Positions 1-8,033 are shown, numbered from the stretch's first letter. The stretch is 21,144 nucleotides of DNA from Nanobdellota archaeon (GCA_018819065.1 JAHJQL010000051.1:1-21144), one strand, 5' to 3'. Made by a program: numbers and translations. Notes: a model not told the origin generated them from the sequence alone.

Positions 1-188
1 GTGAAATAAACAGGGGGTGAAACAACGCCTAAAAAGCTGTTGTTCGAAACAAAAGTTAGACAAACAGATTCAAAAATAGAAATATTTTCAAAAATCAAAG
101 ATTTTTACATGTAGCAAACAGCTACATTCGGAGATACTGTAAGAAGTGATAAACTTTTTATACTCCCTTCTCCATTTTCATTTTTAGA

Positions 189-533
189 TTGATTAAAAAC
201 ACCACTAAAAAAACAGTTCTAGCAAAAGAGAAAAAGCTGTGCAAGTCTATTCTTTCAAAGACTAAAGGCTTGATGTTCTCAAGAAGGATAAAAGATGAGG
301 GCTTGGTTTTCTTCTTTGACAAGTCTCAGAGGGTTTCTCTTCACATGCTATTTGTATTCTTCCCTATAGACATCATTTTCTTGGATGAAAAAAAGCGAGT
401 GGTTGAAGTTAAAGAAAGCTTTAAACCATTCACTTTTTACACGTCAAAGGAAAGAATTAAATACTTAATAGAGCTACCAAATGGTACTGTTAAGAAAACG
501 AAAATCTCTAAAGATGACGTCATAAGGTTTTAA
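189..533 (+). CDS. DUF192-family protein (COG1430-like)
   Basis: 114-aa ORF with a TTG start. The pattern GLMF..(x)..LVFFF..(x)..LHM.FVFFPIDIIFLDE.K.VVEV matches my recollection of the small DUF192 family. A TATA-like aaacttttta lies about 25 nt upstream. The stop is 1 nt before the next ORF. Confidence 0.6.
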   Translation: MIKNTTKKTVLAKEKKLCKSILSKTKGLMFSRRIKDEGLVFFFDKSQRVSLHMLFVFFPIDIIFLDEKKRVVEVKESFKPFTFYTSKERIKYLIELPNGTVKKTKISKDDVIRF

Positions 534-534
534 G

Positions 535-1098
535 ATGAAAATAGTCGGTTTAGAACTAATGCCTGGAAACGAGCGAAGCGTAGCTGTATGCTTCCTCACA
601 GAAACATTAGATGATGTTATTAAGCTTGATGGTGATGAAGAGTTAATAAAGAAAGTTGAAGCTTTCAGGCCTGACATTGTAGCTATAGGTTCACCTTTAT
701 CTCTGCCTGAAAAAGGTAATATCCGAAAAGCTGAGCAAGAGTTAAGCAAGAGAAACTTAAAATTTCGATATCCAATAGGACTCCTTGCAGTAGAGCAAGT
801 CGTCATGAGGGGAATAGGTCTTAAGAACCATTTTCAAAGCAAAGGATTCTTAGTAATAGAAACTTTTCCAAACGGGTTTTACGAGTTGATAAGAATTCCA
901 AAAAAAGACAACTACGCTGATGTCAAGCGATTCTTAAAGATTTACAAGATAAACCTTGAAAGAAGAAACTACACCCAAGAAGAGTTAAACTCGATAATAT
1001 CAGCTTTTACCGGAAGATTATTCCTAGATGCAAAAGTAGAATTCTTAGGCGATGAGAACGAAGGACAGATAGTGCTGCCAAGAGTGATAAACTACTAA
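535..1098 (+). CDS. Predicted RNase-H-fold nuclease (DUF429/COG2410-like)
   Basis: 187-aa ORF. The N-terminal MKIVGLE...PDIVAIGSPLSLP pattern (beta strand with an acidic residue, then an xxDxPLxLP-like segment) resembles DUF429-type proteins. Tightly coupled to the upstream ORF. Confidence 0.45.
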   Translation: MKIVGLELMPGNERSVAVCFLTETLDDVIKLDGDEELIKKVEAFRPDIVAIGSPLSLPEKGNIRKAEQELSKRNLKFRYPIGLLAVEQVVMRGIGLKNHFQSKGFLVIETFPNGFYELIRIPKKDNYADVKRFLKIYKINLERRNYTQEELNSIISAFTGRLFLDAKVEFLGDENEGQIVLPRVINY

Positions 1099-1163
1099 AA
1101 AAAGCAAACTATATATACTAGTTTTTTAATATTAAACAAATTTGTTATTAGGAGGTTTTAAAC

Positions 1164-1484
1164 ATGAGCTTTTTTCATAAAACTTTGATTGACGTTCTTA
1201 ATGAAACTGATCATAAGAAAGCGTGTGAGATTATAAAAAACCATTTAGATGCAATTGAAAAAGAAGTTGAACTTGGAGAAATAGAGATTGCAGAATTAAA
1301 ATTGTACAGACAACACTTGTTAAAAGCCGTAAGTGTTCTTAGCTCTCTAAATTCTACACATAAAAAACCAGAAAAGTGGAAGCCAGAGATTGAGAATCAT
1401 ATAAGAAACGCTCATGCATTAATACTAGATATAGAGTTAAAAATTAAACAAGCATACAAGAACGGCCATAAATTTTTAGAGTGA
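1164..1484 (+). CDS. Hypothetical helical or coiled-coil protein
   Basis: 106-aa ORF with ATG preceded by aggagg 8 nt upstream and a TATA-like actatatatac further upstream. No recognisable domain. Confidence 0.6.
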   Translation: MSFFHKTLIDVLNETDHKKACEIIKNHLDAIEKEVELGEIEIAELKLYRQHLLKAVSVLSSLNSTHKKPEKWKPEIENHIRNAHALILDIELKIKQAYKNGHKFLE

Positions 1485-1546
1485 GCTTAACATAAAACAT
1501 ATAAGAGCTACTTTTTATTGCTGTTTTATACTCGAAGTGAATTTTT

Positions 1547-1843
1547 ATGAGTTGCTACACAGTGCCTGCTCTTGCAGCAATAATACATTTCTTTATGAGA
1601 AAGAAGATTCCTTCTTTTAGGAATGATAAGTATCATCGATTGTTGAATCAGCTGCTTCTTGGTGGAGCAGTATTTGGAGTGGTTGATCACTTGTGGAATG
1701 GAGAAATATTCTTGTTTGGAGATAAGCTTCTACTGGATTTATTGCTTGGTGTGACTATCACTGTAGTCATATTCTTGGTTGCTGGAGTGATGATGATTTT
1801 TGATAATGCATCAGAAAAAAAACATTTCAAAACCGAGAACTAA
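1547..1843 (+). CDS. Small membrane protein, hypothetical
   Basis: 98-aa ORF with two or three hydrophobic segments (VPALAAIIHFF, LLLGGAVFGVV, LLLGVTITVVIFLVAGVMMIF). Confidence 0.5.
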   Translation: MSCYTVPALAAIIHFFMRKKIPSFRNDKYHRLLNQLLLGGAVFGVVDHLWNGEIFLFGDKLLLDLLLGVTITVVIFLVAGVMMIFDNASEKKHFKTEN

Positions 1844-1856
1844 TATTTTTTTAGAC

Positions 1857-2420
1857 TTATTTCTTTGTCTTCTTTTTTGAATTTTTCTTTCGTAGTCTTT
1901 TCTTTTGATAGTGTTCAACAACTTCTTTTGTACTCCAAGGCTTGCAGTCTTTTTCGTTGAACCCAAGCACTTTCACATACTTAAAAACTGTTTTTAAGTC
2001 CTTTGCTTCTATCTCCAAGAATTCAGGAACAAAGTTGTAATCTTTTTTGTACTTGTCAAATTCAAACTTTGCATTGTTAAGTATGTATGATTTTCTTTGC
2101 TTCACAATTTTTCCAATCTTTTTCAACCCAAGCAATTCCAATATTTTTCTTGTGGTTTCAAAATCTGATGTCTTTATCTCATATTCATCACAAGCCTTCG
2201 CTTTCTTCATATGACGATATTTTTTAAGTGTTAGGAATGATTTTTCACCTTCTTTTCTCAGTCTAAGAATGTTTTTTTGTCTACTTATACTCTTATTGTT
2301 AAAGTCTAGCAGAATAGCATTTATTTCTCCATCAAAGATTTTCTTTGCGCCGATAGCTATTAATTTATTCTCAATCCTTGGCCTGTCAACTTCAAGTATT
2401 TTTACTTCAACTTCTTTCAT
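1857..2420 (-). CDS. CYTH-domain protein (triphosphate tunnel metalloenzyme, CyaB-like)
   Basis: 187 aa. The N-terminal EVEVK (ExExK signature) is followed by alternating beta-strand-like charged segments and an E.E pair (FLEIEA) near the C-terminus. The tail is lysine-rich. Confidence 0.7.
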   Translation of the reverse strand: MKEVEVKILEVDRPRIENKLIAIGAKKIFDGEINAILLDFNNKSISRQKNILRLRKEGEKSFLTLKKYRHMKKAKACDEYEIKTSDFETTRKILELLGLKKIGKIVKQRKSYILNNAKFEFDKYKKDYNFVPEFLEIEAKDLKTVFKYVKVLGFNEKDCKPWSTKEVVEHYQKKRLRKKNSKKKTKK

Positions 2421-2462
2421 AGTTTTAGAATTTGTTTTTGGGTTTTATATACTTTTTCGTTT

Positions 2463-3149
2463 TTAGATATCCTTATATTTTTGTTCCCCTAATAAACTTA
2501 TTGTGCAGATATGATTTATATCTCTTAAATGCTCGTTATAATCAAGTCCATATCCAACAACAAACGCGTTTGGGATTGAAAATCCTATAAAGTCAGGAAC
2601 AAAGCCATTGCTTTCAGAATTCCTCTTCAACAGTAGGCTGACTACTTTAATCGATGATGGTTTATACTTCTCTAACTCTTGAAGTAAGCCAGGTACTTTC
2701 TCTTTGTTAGGTTTGGTGTATCCTGTTATCGTCTTGCCACTATCAACTATGTCTTCAATTATAACCACTTCTCTTCCAGAGATTTTTTTAAGCTTAGGAC
2801 TAACAGTTATCTCTATGTTTCCAGTGCTCTTATCATCTTTATAACTGCTAACAGAAACAGATCCAAATGAGAATGGCCCCGCAGCAGGGTCACTGCTTTG
2901 TAGTTCCATATAGAAGTGTTGTATGTCTGAAAAAAATTTAAAAGCACCCTCAAGAACGTATAAAAAATGTGGTTTCTTATTATAATACTCTGAATAAATC
3001 TCTCTTGTTAATTTCTCAACTCTATTCTTTATAAGCCCGCTTGGTATGAGAACTGCCGATATATCCTCTTTATAGTGCGGAGGCACGATTAATTGTTCTT
3101 TTGAATAGGTCTGTGTTATGTCAGGTATGAATATTGGTGGCGAAGCCAT
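2463..3149 (-). CDS. hpt: Hypoxanthine-guanine phosphoribosyltransferase, long eukaryote-like form
   Basis: 228 aa. PRPP-binding motif VVIIEDIVDSGKT. The C-terminal PDFIGFSIPNAFVVGYGLDYNEHLRDINHICTIS is nearly collinear with the human HPRT1 C-terminus ([34 protein letters not shown], from memory). Confidence 0.85.
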   Translation of the reverse strand: MASPPIFIPDITQTYSKEQLIVPPHYKEDISAVLIPSGLIKNRVEKLTREIYSEYYNKKPHFLYVLEGAFKFFSDIQHFYMELQSSDPAAGPFSFGSVSVSSYKDDKSTGNIEITVSPKLKKISGREVVIIEDIVDSGKTITGYTKPNKEKVPGLLQELEKYKPSSIKVVSLLLKRNSESNGFVPDFIGFSIPNAFVVGYGLDYNEHLRDINHICTISLLGEQKYKDI

Positions 3150-3216
3150 ATCAAGGGGAAATATCTGTTATATAAAAACGTTTTCAATAATCTTTTTAAA
3201 CTCGCGTCCTATAACC

Positions 3217-4500
3217 ATGCATATGAGGTACATTTCAGACCTTCATATTCATTCTAAGTACAGCCGGGCTTGTTCAACAGAGTTAACAATACCAAACCTT
3301 GAGAAGTGGGCAAAGATAAAGGGAGTGGATGTTTTAGGCACGGGAGACTTTACTCATCCAAAGTGGATTGAAGAGCTTAAGAGCAACTTAAAGGATGATG
3401 GTTCTGGAATAATGAGAACTCAGAATGGTTTTCCATTCGTTCTCCAGACAGAGATATCTTTAATTTATAGTCAGGCAAATAAGGGTCGAAGAGTTCATCA
3501 CATAGTATTAGCGCCCAGTTTTGAAGTAGTTGACCAGATAACTGAGTATTTGAAGAAACACGGACGAGTAGATTATGATGGAAGGCCAATATTTAAGATT
3601 TCATCAGATAACTTATTATACGAATTAAGAAGGATTTCCCAAGATGTAGAAGTAATCCCCGCGCATATATGGACTCCTTGGTTTAGCCTATTTGGATCTA
3701 ATTCTGGCTTTGACTCAGTCCACGAATGTTTCAAAGACCAGGAGAAATATGTTCATGCATTAGAGACTGGTCTTTCAAGCGATCCAGCAATGAACTGGCA
3801 GCTAAGCCAGCTAGACAAATTTAACCTCGTATCATTTTCAGACGCTCACAGCTTTTGGCCCTGGAGAATTGGGCGAGAAGCAACTATTTTTGAATTGAAA
3901 GAATTATCATACGCAAATATTATAAGAGTGATTAGGTCAGGTGAAGGTCTTCTTGGAACTGTGGAAGTTGACCCCTCTTATGGAAAATACCACTTTGACG
4001 GTCACAGAAACTGCAACATCGTCATGAGTCCTGAGCAATCAGTCAGCGTCAATAATGTTTGCCCAAAATGTAATTCTAACATGACCTTAGGCGTTGCTCA
4101 CAGAATCAGAGAGCTTGCTGACAGACCACAAAACTACAAGCCTGAAAACGCGAAAACTTTTTACACGATGCTGCCATTATCAGAGATACTTGCAAAGATT
4201 TTCAATAAAACTATATCATCTAAGATTGTGTGGCGAGAGTATAACAAGGTTCTTAGAAGGTTTGGCTCAGAATATGAAATACTGCTAAACGCATCTAAAA
4301 GCCAGCTTAGAGAAGTAACTTATGAACAAGTCGCAGAAGCAATAATTAAGAACCGCTCAGGACTCCTAAAAGTAATTCCTGGATATGACGGAGTCTACGG
4401 AGAGCTTGTGATGGAGCCAATAACTAATAAGGAATTAGAAGAAGATGAAAAAGAAAAATTGGATGAGTCAAAACAGCAAGGACTCTCAGACTTTTTTTAG
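3217..4500 (+). CDS. endoQ: Endonuclease Q (PHP-domain DNA repair endonuclease with C-terminal zinc finger)
   Basis: DLHIHSKYSRA start motif, GTGDFTHPKW, VHHIVLAP, PAHIWTPWFSLFG, SDAHSFWPWRIGRE, GKYHFDGHRNC, CPKC...GVAHRIRELADR, PGYDGVYGEL. I placed the start at the ATG at 3217 (alternative 3223) rather than the track start at 3118, which overlaps the divergent hpt gene. Confidence 0.8.
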   Translation: MHMRYISDLHIHSKYSRACSTELTIPNLEKWAKIKGVDVLGTGDFTHPKWIEELKSNLKDDGSGIMRTQNGFPFVLQTEISLIYSQANKGRRVHHIVLAPSFEVVDQITEYLKKHGRVDYDGRPIFKISSDNLLYELRRISQDVEVIPAHIWTPWFSLFGSNSGFDSVHECFKDQEKYVHALETGLSSDPAMNWQLSQLDKFNLVSFSDAHSFWPWRIGREATIFELKELSYANIIRVIRSGEGLLGTVEVDPSYGKYHFDGHRNCNIVMSPEQSVSVNNVCPKCNSNMTLGVAHRIRELADRPQNYKPENAKTFYTMLPLSEILAKIFNKTISSKIVWREYNKVLRRFGSEYEILLNASKSQLREVTYEQVAEAIIKNRSGLLKVIPGYDGVYGELVMEPITNKELEEDEKEKLDESKQQGLSDFF

Positions 4501-4508
4501 ATTATTCT

Positions 4509-5210
4509 TCATCCAAGATAACTCATATATTTCTTGTCACTCTCCTCACTAACCTTTGAGGTTTGCTGTATTAATCCTTTGAGTTTTTGTTCAAACTCCT
4601 CTGCTTGTTTAAACAGCGGCTTATAATCAACCTTTAATCCCAGGTACTTGTCAAGCACCTCTATTACTTTTGCGGCTGACTTGCTGTCTGGAAGGGCGGA
4701 ATGTGTTTCAGCAAATATGCAAGTGATGTTGCTGTACTTTATCATTAGGCTTGAAGTAACACCTATTATTATACTTTCATTTATCGGTTCTAAACCAAAT
4801 TTTTTCAGGTTGTCATCTCCGTAATAAAATAGTTTTGAGTCATTCTTTAATCCGGGAGGCGAGTTGACCCCTTCAATGCATAGAATCTTCTTTGCTTTCA
4901 ACTGCTTAGCCAAGTCAATTATAGCATCTGCAATATCCCACTCTTTACCTTTAGGGTTTAGTATGGTTTGGAGTATTACAACATTGTGTTTCTTTGAGTA
5001 ATACACAGCCATGGGTTTTACAAGCTTACCCTTATGAATAGCAACGATCGCCGGCAAGTCATTATAAATAAATTCTCCTATAAGCTCACAGTTCATGTGT
5101 TCAAGCAAGAATTCTGTCGTTATCGTTCCTATAAGTCCAAATCCAGGGAAACCTTGAATTATTATAGGATTTTGCGGTTTCTTCTTTAGTTCAATCTTCA
5201 AAAAAACCAC
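4509..5210 (-). CDS. PAC2-family protein (archaeal proteasome assembly chaperone-like, COG1938)
   Basis: 233 aa. The N-terminal PIIIQGFPGFGLIGTI motif is typical of PAC2. GTG start at 5210; an alternative TTG at 5201 lies behind an aaggtgg SD-like sequence. Confidence 0.75.
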   Translation of the reverse strand: MVFLKIELKKKPQNPIIIQGFPGFGLIGTITTEFLLEHMNCELIGEFIYNDLPAIVAIHKGKLVKPMAVYYSKKHNVVILQTILNPKGKEWDIADAIIDLAKQLKAKKILCIEGVNSPPGLKNDSKLFYYGDDNLKKFGLEPINESIIIGVTSSLMIKYSNITCIFAETHSALPDSKSAAKVIEVLDKYLGLKVDYKPLFKQAEEFEQKLKGLIQQTSKVSEESDKKYMSYLG

Positions 5211-5310
5211 CTTGTTTTTTTGATACGACAGAAATTTTTGGAATTTCTGAAGTACAGAAACTTTTTGTTTCTGTTAGCCCAAAAAACTCTGTTTTTTGTT
5301 GTTTCATCAT
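5191..5310 (-). CDS. Possible 39-aa micro-ORF (MMKQQKTEFFGLTETKSFCTSEIPKISVVSKKQGGFFED)
   Basis: ATG-ATG preceded by gaggtg on the minus strand. It overlaps the PAC2 start by 20 nt in another frame. It has no homology support and contains two hairpins. Confidence 0.2.
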   Translation of the reverse strand: MMKQQKTEFFGLTETKSFCTSEIPKISVVSKKQGGFFED

Positions 5311-5410
5311 AACACCTCTATTCTTTCATTGGAATAATGTTTTATAAATTTTGTGTTAAAAAATAATTTTCAAGCAACATTTATAAAATAGAACAGTATT
5401 TATTATTAAC

Positions 5411-6370
5411 ATGGGTTTTGATTCAATACCAAGGATTGAGACGGCTGATTTCTATCTAGATGTAGCTTTCAGAGCCGGCAGAAACGCAGCCTCCCTAAAA
5501 AAAACAACTTTGAAAATTGACAAGTTCAAGAAGATAAAAACTTTAGAGATAGAAAAGATAGATGTAGTCAACAAGAATCTGAACAAGAAATTATCAGACA
5601 TAACATACTCTTTTCCTAACTTTGAAAACTTAACAGAGTTTTACGAAGAACTCGTGAGAACCTTGATTGATTACACAGCTCTTAAGAAGTCACTGGGATC
5701 AGTCAACTGGGCTAAGAACAAGATAGCTGATTTTTCAAGAGAATACGTTTTTAAGATAAAGAAATGTCAAGACTCTCTGGTTATAAAGAAGTACAGCAAG
5801 GAGTACAACGGACGAATATCATCTGTTATGAAGCAGATATCAAAAAACCTCTTATTTTTAGACGAGTCAAGAAGAGTGATGAAGGATTTTCCTTCAATAA
5901 AAGATGGCTTGTTCACAATTGCAATAGCTGGTTTTCCAAATGTTGGCAAATCAACAGTCCTAAGCAAGCTGACAACTTCAAAGCCAGACATCCAAGCCTA
6001 TGCATTCACCACAAAAACCCTCAACGTCGGATACATGGCTAGTGGTCATAACAAGATACAATTCATAGACACGCCCGGAACTCTAAATCGACTTGATAAG
6101 ATGAATGCAATTGAAAAAATAGCTTACTTAGCGATAAAATACTGTTCAGAATTAATAATATTCATCTATGACTTAACAGAAACGTACTCTTTAGAAGACC
6201 AAAACAAGCTTTTGAAAAGGATGAAAGAATTTGACAAACCCATACTAATTTATCTAAGCAAGGCCGACTTGCTTGAAGAGATGACTATCAATGATTTTTG
6301 CAAGAAAAACAAAGATGCAATAATAAGTATTGATGTGTTGAAAGAAAAAATATTGAATATTTCTATCTAA
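5411..6370 (+). CDS. Nog1-type GTP-binding protein (COG1084)
   Basis: 319 aa. G1 GFPNVGKST, G3 DTPG, G4-like SKAD, preceded by an N-terminal helical domain of about 170 aa, as in archaeal NOG1-family GTPases. Confidence 0.8.
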   Translation: MGFDSIPRIETADFYLDVAFRAGRNAASLKKTTLKIDKFKKIKTLEIEKIDVVNKNLNKKLSDITYSFPNFENLTEFYEELVRTLIDYTALKKSLGSVNWAKNKIADFSREYVFKIKKCQDSLVIKKYSKEYNGRISSVMKQISKNLLFLDESRRVMKDFPSIKDGLFTIAIAGFPNVGKSTVLSKLTTSKPDIQAYAFTTKTLNVGYMASGHNKIQFIDTPGTLNRLDKMNAIEKIAYLAIKYCSELIIFIYDLTETYSLEDQNKLLKRMKEFDKPILIYLSKADLLEEMTINDFCKKNKDAIISIDVLKEKILNISI

Positions 6371-6887
6371 GCTTTACAATTTCTATCTTACAGCCGCAAG
6401 GAACTTTGTGTTTAGCCCTATTCATGGCCTGCTTTGCAAATTCTAAGAATGGTTCATCAACGTAAGCTGAAAATATCTTCTGGTTTTTTCTTACTTGGGC
6501 TGCAAGACCAATTGGTTTTCCAAAAGACTTCTTCATACCAGTGCTCATCCTGTCAGCTCCAGCTCCAGATGCAAGCGGATTCTCCCTTAAGATGTGGTGA
6601 GGATAGACTAACAGTTTTAACCTATAACCAGTCTTTCCACATTTAGTCTCTAAAAGCCTGTTGCTAGTCATTCTGGCAGACTCTAAAGCGTTATGTCTCA
6701 ACTGGATGCCGCAGTTAACTTTTAATGAAACAGCGTATTGAAAAGTCCTCTTTAAATCACCCATGTCAAACTTAACAATCTTGTTATGGGGGGTCGCTCT
6801 AACAAACTGCTGAGTCCTATACTTACTCTTCCTAGTATAAGGGCGTTCTATTCTCCTATAAGCGACTCCTTTTCTAAGTTTAGCCAT
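6363..6887 (-). CDS. rpl10e: 50S ribosomal protein L10e (uL16)
   Basis: 174 aa. YRR..RPYTRKSKY, QLRHNALESARM, VYPHHILRENPLASGAGADRMSTGMKKSFGKPIG are classic archaeal L10e motifs. The 3' end overlaps the convergent GTPase gene by 8 nt. Confidence 0.95.
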   Translation of the reverse strand: MAKLRKGVAYRRIERPYTRKSKYRTQQFVRATPHNKIVKFDMGDLKRTFQYAVSLKVNCGIQLRHNALESARMTSNRLLETKCGKTGYRLKLLVYPHHILRENPLASGAGADRMSTGMKKSFGKPIGLAAQVRKNQKIFSAYVDEPFLEFAKQAMNRAKHKVPCGCKIEIVKLR

Positions 6888-6907
6888 GAGTCTACAGAAA
6901 AAGTAAG

Positions 6908-6919
6908 CTATTTAAATAG
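6908..6919. promoter_or_regulatory. Perfect 12-nt palindromic TATA element (ctatttaaatag) shared by divergent rpl10e and tRNA-Gln
   Basis: Centred about 30 nt upstream of the tRNA 5' end (6947) and about 25 nt upstream of the rpl10e ATG (6887, minus strand). Its symmetry would allow TBP/TFB loading in either direction. Confidence 0.5.
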
Positions 6920-6946
6920 ATTACTATTTTTTTTTTAGAGCATTAA

Positions 6947-7019
6947 AGCCCCGTAGTGTAGCGGCCAATCATCACAGGTTCTGGCCCTGTGGACCACGGT
7001 TCGAATCCGTGCGGGGCTA
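6947..7019 (+). tRNA. tRNA-Gln (anticodon CUG), no encoded CCA, no intron
   Basis: Hand-folded cloverleaf. Acceptor agccccg/cggggct (7 bp). Anticodon stem acagg/cctgt with loop ttCTGgc. T arm cacgg-ttcgaat-ccgtg. D-loop agcggccaa. Discriminator A. A1:U72 as in archaeal tRNA-Gln. Confidence 0.9.
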
Positions 7020-7078
7020 CATTATATTTTAGTGATTTGAGGGGATAATTTTTCTTGTATTATAAAGAAATTGGGCAG
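7006..7078 (+). repeat. 73-bp direct repeat, left copy (tRNA positions 60-73 plus 59 nt downstream); attL-like
   Basis: Identical base for base to 12191-12263 (offset 5185 nt), checked by eye. Confidence 0.9.
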
Positions 7079-7147
7079 AGCCATTATCTCTTTTGTTACA
7101 TTTGCGGACAACAATCTATTTTCACGTCTATAATTCGTTGGTTCGTC

Positions 7148-7160
7148 TCCGGGTGGCATA
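7148..7160 (+). repeat. Degenerate tRNA-3'-end-like core (tccgggtggcata), preceded by a T-loop-like ggttcgtc
   Basis: Lies inside the 89-nt segment present after the left 73-bp repeat but absent after the right one. The match is weak. Confidence 0.3.
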
Positions 7161-7167
7161 AAATCGA

Positions 7168-7180
7168 AACATTTATATAT
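7168..7180 (+). promoter_or_regulatory. TATA-type promoter element aacatttatatat of the VapBC module
   Basis: The identical 13-mer also occurs at 12275-12287. It sits 46 nt before the vapB ATG here and 43 nt before the AbrB-type antitoxin ATG there. Confidence 0.5.
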
Positions 7181-7225
7181 TTACACGTATTCAACGTATT
7201 ATACATAATACACGTAGGTAATACT

Positions 7226-7447
7226 ATGGTTAGTATAACTTTATCTGTGCCTAAAGAGTTGAAGAGTGAAATGGATTTGCATCCTGAGATGAATTGGTCA
7301 GAGATAGCACGACAAGCAATCAGAAGCAAAATAAGCATTCTAAAAAGGATGGATGCATTAGTAGCTAATAGTAAACTTACTGAGAAAGATGCTTTAGAAA
7401 TCGGTAGAAAAGTAAACAGATCTTTAGCGAAAAGATTTGGTGCATAA
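7226..7447 (+). CDS. vapB: Ribbon-helix-helix (CopG/VapB-type) antitoxin
   Basis: 73 aa. The start MVSITLSVPKELKSEMD....NWSEIARQAIR is a typical archaeal RHH antitoxin N-terminus. The stop abuts the PIN gene ATG (taaATG). The track ORF start at 7055 is an artefact of the repeat. Confidence 0.75.
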   Translation: MVSITLSVPKELKSEMDLHPEMNWSEIARQAIRSKISILKRMDALVANSKLTEKDALEIGRKVNRSLAKRFGA

Positions 7448-7858
7448 ATGGATGTAGTTGTAGATGCAAACATTCTAATGTCTGCACTGATTAAAGATAG
7501 TCATACAAGAAAACTCTTAGTTCTAAGCAACAACAATTTCTATACTCCAGAATATGTTTTCGATGAAATTAACAATCATATCGATGAGTTAGAGGAAAAA
7601 TCAGGGATGCCAAAAGAACTTATAAAAGAAGTAATCAGTGAAATAATACATCTAGCAAACGTGCACATAATACCAATAACAGAACTAGAAAAACATTATG
7701 ATAAAGCAAAAAGAATTACCCCAGATAAAGACGACACATACTACTTCGCACTAGCACTAAAGAACAACTGTCCAATATGGTCAAACGATAAAAAATTAAA
7801 AACACAAAACAAGATCACAATATACAATACAACAGAAATAACAGAAAAACACACATAA
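7448..7858 (+). CDS. vapC: PIN-domain ribonuclease toxin (VapC-type)
   Basis: 136 aa. N-terminal VVVDANILMSALI (first acidic residue). Downstream DDTYYFALA and PIWSNDKKL (the last conserved Asp) fit the PIN_3-like layout. Confidence 0.8.
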   Translation: MDVVVDANILMSALIKDSHTRKLLVLSNNNFYTPEYVFDEINNHIDELEEKSGMPKELIKEVISEIIHLANVHIIPITELEKHYDKAKRITPDKDDTYYFALALKNNCPIWSNDKKLKTQNKITIYNTTEITEKHT

Positions 7859-7898
7859 ATATATTTAGGACACATGAATGTCATCAAGACGTATTAAA

Positions 7899-7913
7899 TC
7901 TGGGCGGGGGCTA
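7899..7913 (+). repeat. tRNA-3'-end-like core copy (tctgggcgggggcta)
   Basis: Lies 40 nt after the vapC stop, in the same orientation as the tRNA. Differs from tccgtgcggggcta by 2 substitutions and 1 extra g. Confidence 0.7.
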
Positions 7914-7930
7914 TCCGTATCAATATGACA

Positions 7931-7941
7931 TCCGTGGGCTA
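7931..7941 (+). repeat. Truncated core copy (tccgtgggcta)
   Basis: Matches the tRNA core with an internal 3-nt deletion, 17 nt after the previous copy. Confidence 0.45.
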
Positions 7942-8033
7942 TCGGAATGGCTCACGAATATTATTTCTCTCTCAAAAACTTAGAAATGTGACATTTTAAT
8001 AATTCTACAAAACATACCAAAGTATAGAAGTTT

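Noticed and set aside
1-110. Apparent similarity between the window start (gtgaaacaacgcc...gaaacaaaagtt...tcaaaaatcaaag) and the reverse complement of 5211-5310, suggesting a repeated regulatory element.
   Set aside because: The matches are short A-rich words in low-complexity sequence with shifting spacing. I could not build a convincing collinear alignment by eye, so it would need a statistical alignment.
3118-3216. A 33-codon upstream extension of the EndoQ ORF overlaps the hpt start.
   Set aside because: The EndoQ family starts right at the DLHIHS motif. The extension overlaps the divergent gene and its promoter region, and ATGs at 3217 and 3223 follow a TATA-like gttatataaaaac.
7055-7225. 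The N-terminal extensions MYYKEIGQ... of track ORFs 7055-7447 and 12240-12605 look like a conserved protein start.
   Set aside because: The shared peptide is only the translation of the 73-bp direct repeat. The TATA element lies downstream of these starts. The recognisable antitoxin domains begin at the internal ATGs (7226; 12330, the latter with an aggtggtg RBS).
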